Source: Trichoplax adhaerens (lineage: Eukaryota; Animalia; Placozoa). Taken from it: DNA of 64,000 bases. The notes below the pieces were generated by a model. It searched no databases and was not told where the DNA came from. It worked only from the letters and a program-made list of their open reading frames with translations. Where the stretch lies: contig NW_002060947.1 in NCBI RefSeq assembly GCF_000150275.1, positions 4,206,335 through 4,270,334 of the forward strand, in the 5' to 3' direction. The translations under genes and the position numbers were made by a program. Positions 55,584 through 64,000 of the stretch are shown in pieces (position 1 is the stretch's first letter; every line of letters starts with the position of its first letter).

Positions 55584-58500
55584 CTTTCTTTTTTCTCCTT
55601 GGAATAATATAAAAGTAATCTTTACTTTAAGTTGGCTTAATAACAGTTGGGTAGCTAGAGCTAAATTTTAATGAAGGAAAAAGTAACGAATAAATTTATA
55701 GCTATAATATATGCCAACATTACGGGAAGAAAAGTTATAACTTCGATAATGACACATATAGGTGTACAGCAGTAGTCCGGAGTCATAAAATTAAAGAAAT
55801 TTGCTAAAGAAAGGGTGAGGTAATAACTGCCATTTTCACCTTCCTTTTAGTAAATCATTATCTTATAAATGCCCAATTTTCGGCTACTGTACGTTAAATG
55901 TCACTTTAATAGACTTTAATAAAAATGAAGGATAAACTCATTAAGTGACCTAATAAATATTATTAAAATAAACCAATTATAGAAATGAAAGAAAAGCTTC
56001 TAAACAGTCTTATGAAAACAATTTTATAAGGAGAATTTTAATAAATCATTAAAAATGGAAAATAAGACCTGAAATTAATTTAAATTTTTCCTGCTTATTG
56101 GATTATAAACATGGTTGAATAATATTCCCGTACTACTTATTTTTCAATATGCATATTAAAATTCATATTAATAAACGATAACAAAACTTATCGATCATGA
56201 ATATAAAGTACGTATATAAATCTTGGGGTATTTTCGAAGGATATTAGGGAGAATTTAAAGAGGGATCAATAACGAGATTTTTCTCACATACGTATAGTAT
56301 AGTGCACGGTACAATTGTCTATTGTATCTCTATCCATAAAAATGTCAACTATATTATTGTATATGGTCTTTAGATTCTTTACTGAAGTTAAATTCAATGA
56401 TTCATAGCACAGGATTTAACTATGTTAAGGCAAATGAAAGATTCTTCGGTATAAAATAAAAATGTTCAATTCTCGAGTACCGGTAGCTTAAATCTTCAAT
56501 CGGTTTTATGCCTCTATTATTAGAGTCATAATTTCTTTAGATTATTCTTACTGTGAGTATAGGAAATTACTTAAATTAATTGAATAATTTCAACTAGAAA
56601 AAGCTTTTCTTTTTTTTCTCGATCTAAACTTTAGATAGATCTATGCAAAAATTTCTACTGCGTTGCTACTAACTGCTACGGGATAAGCTTTATATGATCT
56701 TTAATAGAATTTCATCGCTTCCTTAAAAGATGCCTATTTCGTTTATCTTCAATACATATTTGCTTCATACCACCTTCATATATAGAATACTTTTGATTAT
56801 AAATAAATGATTAGTAATTTTACCGTCAATTCTCGACAAACTTTACGGGTAATTTATCAAAGATTTACTGCAGGACAGTCTTTAGTGTTGTGGGGGTCTA
56901 GAAAAGGAGTTATTATAAATACCCTTTAAAATAGTGTGATAAGCTGCTTAAATTTATCGACAAATAAACCTAAAGTCAGATTTTTATTAATAATGTTAAT
57001 AAAAAAAATTTTACAAACGATATAACAACCAAAACTTTTGCAGTTAGTGTTATAATTTCGACAAAACCTTTATGACTCTAGTAAGAGAAGTAGTAGTATT
57101 TAATTAATAGAAGCTCCGCTGTACAGTATATTTCACGTCCTACACATATACGTGTATCATACTTATTATGGATAACTTTTGCAAGTATGTTTATTTTGAA
57201 GAGGATCACATTAACTTGAGAAGATATGAAGTTCTCTTAAGTAAGCTGACAAATGTCTAAAATTCAACATCCGTTTGCAAAAATAACTGAAAAGCTATCC
57301 TTATTAGTTTTAAAACGCACAAGTACGGTATAATACGTATTAAGATTAAGGTATCGTTTTAATGCTAGTCTATATAACGCCTATTAATATAACATCAGCA
57401 TTGATCAACTAGAATATTACGTTAATATTTTTCTTACCTCTTTAGAAAAAAGCGGGGTTTTAAGGCAAGCTGTTATCGAAAAATATTCTAGTTGGATTCG
57501 ATAAATAATGTTTTTTGCTGTATTTGATCTAAGCCTCTAAGATTAGAAAATGATACCAAAATTACTCGCTAAGTCACTGAATTTTTCTAACGAAATGATA
57601 GGTCCTTCACTTTAAAGTAATAGTATTTATTATACAATTAAAAATATCAATGTTTCTATGTTGTTATATGCGATTTTAAGGGTTTGAGCATAAAGTTGTA
57701 ACAAACATTAGGATGGATTGTTACCTTTTTTAGTGTAATGCATAGAATTTATACATACTACAACCTACCGTAGGTAAGTTTATTAAACTTATTTCAATTG
57801 GCCATTTTTAAGGTTTAAAGTAATGTTGATGCTAACGAATAACCATGGAAAAGAGCTTTAATGAACGATTTTAATAGTAAATTTAGCTTGTTTAAAAGTC
57901 CAATGACTCTTTAAATGTTAATGTAAGGCCCCATCGCATAAGCTATAGTAATATTGATAGAATTTTAAGTCAACAAGCATTTCTAATCGAAGCAAATTTC
58001 GATGTAATATTGTAGATAGTTATTAGGTAGATGTAATTGCCTTGGTAAAAGTTATGTGATACTTGCTGTATTCGCAGGGAACGTAAAATGAACGAGATAA
58101 TAAGAATAAACATTCAGTAGTACTTTACCTTAGTAGTTTAGTTGTTAGAATATGGCAGCGCAGAGACAAGAGTCAACAAATAATTGTTGTATCAAGTAAT
58201 CATGCAATATACAGTAAAGATAAACCGATCCGGAGAAAATAGGAAGGAAATAATGACAGCTCGTAAAGAAGTAAAATAAAATTTTACAAGAAAATTTATA
58301 TATATCTGCAAATTAAGATATGGAATAGCGTCAAAAAAGAATGTATATAATTTAATATGGCAGATGGCTTCCCGACATATTCGACATGTCTACGCAATGG
58401 CTTAAAAATTGAATACTACCTTAGTCCTTTACAATTTTAGCTGTATGGGACAACAGTCTAGTACAACTACTAAATATGATAATATCTAGTTAACTACTTC

Positions 58501-60439
58501 ATCAAATTGGTTAATGTTATTAGACAGACAGAGGAAGCCAGATGTTATTTATTGTATAAAGCAAATAAATAATTATTTAGAGAATAGATTTGTCGTCTTA
58601 AGCTATTGATCAAAGCAATAAAATACCTAGTGTGCATAAGGCAGGAATTGTATTATTCTTTTTGCTATTGTTAGTACAGAATCTGCTATTTTCTAGATTC
58701 TAAAATAGTCTATTCTTCTGATCTCAAGGTTGCCACCTATCTAGTTAACGATTCATTGAAAGCAACCAACATGAATGATAGTTTAATATAATTTTCTCTT
58801 AGAGTCGGTTAATAATAAAATTGCTGACCTGCCCCTTTATTGTCATCATGTAACCGGCATTAGTTCCAACTTGAACAGTTCAATAAAATTTTACTCTTTT
58901 CTTTTTAAATCATTACGATAGAATTCTATAAAAGCTTTTATTAGTAGATTTGGATGAATAGTAAAATTGTTCATAAAGCTATCATTCAGTATGTAGTTTG
59001 TATGGCTATTATCAAGTTTTTAGTCTATAATATTAGCGACTATAATGCTTACTTCTTTATCCACTTCATAAATGGACATTGTCATTGAAGAAATAGGTAT
59101 GGTCATGACTGTAAGAAATTATATTTGATTAACGTTATATTAATAGATAGCTCATCTTCTTTTCAATATCACTTTACAGATATGACAAATTCTTCTCGGT
59201 TATAGGAAATACGTAGAATTTGAGCGTAGCGATAGGATACAATAATGCTCCCCTTTATATTCAATATCTGCTATTGGAAAGGCTTATTAACTGGTTGATT
59301 ATCATGTTATGCAAATAGCAAAGGATATTGATCAATACACGTAATACAAGAAAGTTGTTCTCTAGGATAGGGATGATAGTGATCATTGTAGTATATTTAT
59401 ATCCTCTCCAACAACAAGTATGAAATTAAGGTAACACATAGTATAATTACAGCAGTGATTAAAACCATAACATCTTCATTGATCAATGACGGTATAGAAT
59501 ATCAACTAACAGTCTATATTTTGGTTACAAAATTGTAGAGAGAATGTAAAGTAAATATAAAATACAGTATTGATGTATTTTTAAACCAAACAATTATTAT
59601 ATATAACACCATACCGAAATTCATTTTTCAATTTACGATACTGTTTAATTTAAATTAGTAATTACTACTTTATGCCATTTGTGTACAGATAGTGCGGCTA
59701 AGTATGTTTATTGATAGATAGAAGCAAGTCTTTGACAATAATAAGAAGTCTTTCATTTTGTTGAAAAAGTTGATATTAAAAATCAGCATTTATAAACAAG
59801 TTCTATTAAAATAAAATTATAACAAAATTACAAATAGTATTATTATTGATACCTTAATTTTGAGATAAAATTTTTGCGTGTCTTCACAAGCATAACGATA
59901 GTTTGGACATGATGTTTATAAATTAGGTGTTGAAATAATCGATAGGTTTCACTGCAAATAGTCTGAAACGGGGGTTTATCCTATAATGAGCTATTAAATG
60001 TTTGATGGGATACTTGTTGTAATAGTTCTAAAGATAAAATTAGCTAATCTGCCTCTTAAATTAGATCTCATGGCTGCTATGCGTACATCTGAATGGCCTA
60101 CGTATGTGCGCTAAAGCTGGAAAATAACTTTATTGATTTCTAAATTAATGGTGACTTTCGTTTGTGTTGTGCTTTTTGGAGCATTTCGTTACTTGATTTG
60201 ACTACGACTACTTATTGACATTTTCCTAAATTAGCATTAATTTCATGTAGCTTAGAATATGAAATTCAGCATGTAGTCAATACAAAGCTGTGATTTCCCT
60301 TAATGCAAAGAGAAAATATCAATTTTAGCACGTGCGTGAACAGTATAGGTATAGTCATAAACGGTAAAGTAGGATAGGTACGAGAGTAAAGTAAACTTAA
60401 TAGCATGGACTTGATGTATCTAGTAAATCATGTTAATAG

Positions 60440-61560
60440 ATAAATATGGTACATGTACATTGTACAGTATGTTCTAAGCTTGACGGTGAATGTCCTGTAC
60501 ATTATTTCTGTTCATGCCGGCGTAAAGTGGAGTGTCCTAAAGTTACAGTACCGTACAGCAGATCGCACTACAGTACTGTAGAACACTCACAGATGCATGA
60601 TTTGAAATTACTGTCCAGTACAGCTATTAAGCTGTTTATCATGTTCTTTCTTGATTTGTTAAGAGCCCCACAGAGTGGGGCAACAAAAAATTGGTTAGAA
60701 ACTCATCTGTGTTCCTCTCCACGGAAATCTTTAGTAAAAGGCGAAAGATTTATACGATCTGAAGAGAAACCAGAGTGAAGAAATGGAGATCAATTGAGTC
60801 CTTATAAGCAGTTCATACGTGCTTTCAATTATGGTTCTACTCATTAGCATACGTATCGTACAGTACATTGCATTGCAACACACGGTGCAATGTACTATAT
60901 TTCACGGTACTTCGTACTGTACTGTACAGTCATACCGAACTGTACAGAGTACTGTACAGTGTACACTTGTACTGTACGTACGGTCTGTACTGTACAGGAC
61001 AGTACTGTACAGTACAGTAAAATTTATGGTCCTGTCAGGTCACGGACTACGGGTTAGGGTTAAGGTTTAGGGTTACGGTGCGATCCTCTCGGACAGACGG
61101 AGAGAAGGTTTAAAATGTCTGTCCATCCAAGAGTGATCAGTCCAAGTTTTCTTTTCGTAATTCATGCACTCAGTGTACTCTTAATCTCTTATTACTTTAT
61201 CAACAGTTACTGGAGCCGACGATGAGATCACGTGGTTTCTAGTTGGAATAGCTACAAGCCTTGCTGACACGATGACTAGGCAAAGGACTACTATGGACTG
61301 CAGTGGGCCAGTCGAATCAATTTTGCCCTCCTCTGTACTACAGTACAGTATACTGTACACTTGTACAGTACTGTACTGTAATTAGAAACTCCCTTAGATC
61401 ATCCGCTGCACGAGCATTAAATGAGCTCCCGTTGAAATGCAGCACAGCCTATCATTAGCAAATGAACAACATTATAACCACTGTACTGTACAGTGTACAG
61501 TATGCCAGGTTCTACAGTCTCACTTGCAGTGTACTGTACTGTACTTGCAGTGTTCGACCG
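60440..61560. promoter_or_regulatory. TACAGTA/TACTGTA-rich, relatively GC-rich island; candidate promoter, possibly of the Roco-TIR gene via long 5' introns
   Basis: Dense gtactgtac/gtacagtac arrays at 60900-61020, 61330-61380 and 61480-61550. Same signature as the two divergent promoter regions. An AG acceptor sits just upstream of the ATG at 55583. Confidence 0.4.
61051..61078 (+). repeat. Short degenerate telomere-like (TTAGGG)n tract
   Basis: gggttagggttaaggtttagggttacgg. Confidence 0.6.
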
Positions 61561-61693
61561 TAATTTAGGTACGTTCACACGATGAAGTTTTTGCAGGACT
61601 ACCATAAAGACTTCAGTCAAATCCTGTATTTTTGTCTTGGTCAAGGACACTGGAAGACAAGGGCTAAACGTGACGTGGTGGGCCCAAATAGAA

Positions 61694-61891
61694 AAAATAT
61701 ATTGAAAAGGAAACGCCAACGAACTTACTTTATTTACCTAGCTTACAGCGTGATCACTCAAAATATATTGAAAAAGAAACGCCAACGAACTTACTTTATT
61801 TACCTAGCTTACAGTGTGATCAGTCAAAATATATTGAAAAAGAAACGCCAACGAACTTACTTTATTTACCTAGCTTACAGTGTGATCAGTC
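61694..61891. repeat. 3 x 66 bp tandem repeat
   Basis: aaaatatattgaaaaagaaacgccaacgaacttactttatttacctagcttacagtgtgatcagtc; tatattgaaaa starts at 61698, 61764 and 61830. Confidence 0.95.
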
Positions 61892-62893
61892 ATAGTAGGG
61901 TAATCAACGCAACGTAGAAAGTCCAAATTCTATTAATAATATTTCAGCTTACGGATTTTATACTGTACGCTGTATAACTGTAATGCTTCATTTCCGCTAT
62001 CTTCCTTCACTGAAACTGTCTTCGTCATCCCAAGTTTCAAACTTCTAGGTCTTCATTTCTGTCATGTTATGACGTTGCTTACAATTTAATATAACAGACA
62101 ACGTCCTACTTTAAGGGAGAATACTTATCCAGAGTAATGACTGATAAATTCTGGTTCATATAGCGTGGCTACGTTTACAACGTCATACGTTCAACAACGA
62201 GAGCCTACAATATAATATCAACTCGTACATTATTTTATTTAATTTTTATCCTGATAATTTTGTACATAAACCATGTTTGCTAAGATGTACCGTATTATAC
62301 GTATAAGTCAAAGGCATCCTGATTGTTAGTTATAATTGAAAGTACTTACTGAAAACGAATGGTAAAATACCAGCAGGAAACTCGTTACTTTCATTGTTAC
62401 GAAAGTGTTTATGTAAAGAATATAATCGAATGGGTTGAAAATAAATCAATGTCAATTATAAAGATACTATTAACATCTTTTCTTCGTAATGGCCATGTTT
62501 GTGCTATAATTGTCATACAGTAATATTACTTTGCTATTCTAGCTACTTTTCAGATTCTCAATCATGCTTTCCCATGAATTACAGAACTAAAATCGCTTAC
62601 AAAGTTGACAATTTACGCTGATATCGCTAATTTCATACTAGGTGCTCGTACCAAAGGTTTCATTCTTTCTACTTTATACATGAAATAGAATTCATAATAC
62701 AACTATCAATTAATTTTCTGTCTTACCATTAGCAGAATTTCGTAAATATTTATGGAATAGGAGAATGAAATTGTGTTAGCGTAAAAAAGTACCGTAATTT
62801 AGATATTTCTAGGACAGTCTTTTGTGTTATCACCAACATTTTAACGTTGTTCCAGTCTCACACTATTTTCCAATATTACTAAGTAAAGCGATT

Positions 62894-63164
62894 CTTAATA
62901 TTAAGAAAGAGATAAATGCGGATATATCTGTCGACTGAATATTAGTACGCCATCATTCGCGTAGTAATGTTCAGTCGACTTAATATTAAGAAAGAGATAA
63001 ATGCGGATATATCTGTCGACTGAATATTACTACGCCATCATTCGCGTAGTAATGTTCAGTCGACTTGATATTAAGAAAGAGATAAATGCGGATATATCTG
63101 TCGAATGAATATTACTACGCCATCATTCGCGTAGTAATATTCAGTCGACAGATATATCCGCATT
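62894..63164. repeat. 3 x 85 bp tandem repeat with internal inverted repeat; last copy completes a 36-bp hairpin
   Basis: Units start at 62894, 62979 and 63064. 63085-63120 pairs with 63129-63164 (one mismatch, 8-nt loop). Confidence 0.92.
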
Positions 63165-64000
63165 ACTATAACTTACAATATGTGTATTGTCTTAGGTGGA
63201 GAATAGAATGATTGCATCCGATAATTAAATATGGCTTACGAGTATACTGTGTTAAAAAATACCGACTACTCCGCCCTAATAAGAATAAAAATGATGAAGC
63301 TAAATTGTTCCATTACACCTCTAAAATTCTTCGTATCATACCCTGGTAGCAATAAATATGATTCACTTTGCCTTACGTGAAATGTTACTATATTTTCCAA
63401 TAGTCAAGAATAATCTGTATTGTTAATCGGGCCACCCGAATAATCCAAATTTGAAAATCGATTTTATAGCTATCGATTAAGTTACCTGGTAACGATTCCA
63501 ATCAAAGAAATCATACAGCGATACATGCGTAAATATTTTCAGGCAGCATACGTATAGAAATTGATAATATTGGGGTTGTTACAATTGCTAGATTATAATG
63601 CTCCTGATGACGTTTACAGAAGATTTTTTTAGAACTAATTAAGTAATAGATATTTTATTAATAGCTACAACACAAGAAATAAATTCTTCTCTTAATTACA
63701 TTGTTTAATTAGTTTTAGTAATGCTTTTGTTTTAGCATTAACGTTAGTAACAAACATCCTCAATTTTTAAAATGATATACACGTACAGTACTTAGTTTGC
63801 ATTGAATTCGTAGCCAACAAAATAAATCTTGCCGACGCGGTATCGTCTGTGTTATTAGACATAAGATAATAGAGATAATCCAAAAGTTAGTTTCATTGAT
63901 CAATTTGTTTATCGGTTTAGACTACAACAACAACGAGCTTCTTTAGTTTTCAAAAGATTTATTTAGTACATAATTAGTTCGTTGCTAGTGCAGTATATTT

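Noticed and set aside
55600-60400. Additional gene or transposon in the AT-rich gap
   Set aside because: No ORF in the track and no transposase/RT motifs or terminal repeats seen. Only isolated candidate splice donors (~57437, ~58128, minus strand) that could be 5'UTR exons.
61051-61078. True telomere or chromosome end
   Set aside because: Only about four degenerate units, embedded in unique sequence.
60446-61917. ORFs 60446-60778, 60819-61070, 61417-61719 and 61582-61917
   Set aside because: Products reflect the TACAGTA low-complexity sequence (STVQY-type peptides) and the 66-bp repeat, with no recognisable protein family.

Overview
AT-rich, gene-dense eukaryotic (animal) genomic DNA with many short GT-AG introns. 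The style suggests an early-branching metazoan such as the placozoan Trichoplax; this is an inference, not verified. Eight spliced protein-coding genes can be reconstructed by hand: UFL1 (-, runs off the window start), TFG (+, head-to-head with UFL1), FAAP100-like (-), TMEM39 (+), FBXW8-like (+), selenoprotein H (-, missing from the ORF track; in-frame TGA in a CxxU motif plus a 3'UTR SECIS), a PARP14-like macro/WWE/mono-ART gene (-), and a ~10 kb multi-exon gene (-) encoding SPRY-SPRY-NHR-Roc-COR-Death-TIR. That last gene is the most striking. Its Roc domain has lost the GxxxxGKT P-loop (apparent pseudo-GTPase), while its TIR keeps the glutamate used by NAD+-cleaving TIRs, and it lies next to a second NAD+-consuming gene. 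Non-coding features include a composite tandem array, several local duplications, a 36-bp-stem hairpin repeat, and TACAGTA-rich promoter-like islands. All exon boundaries are manual and approximate.
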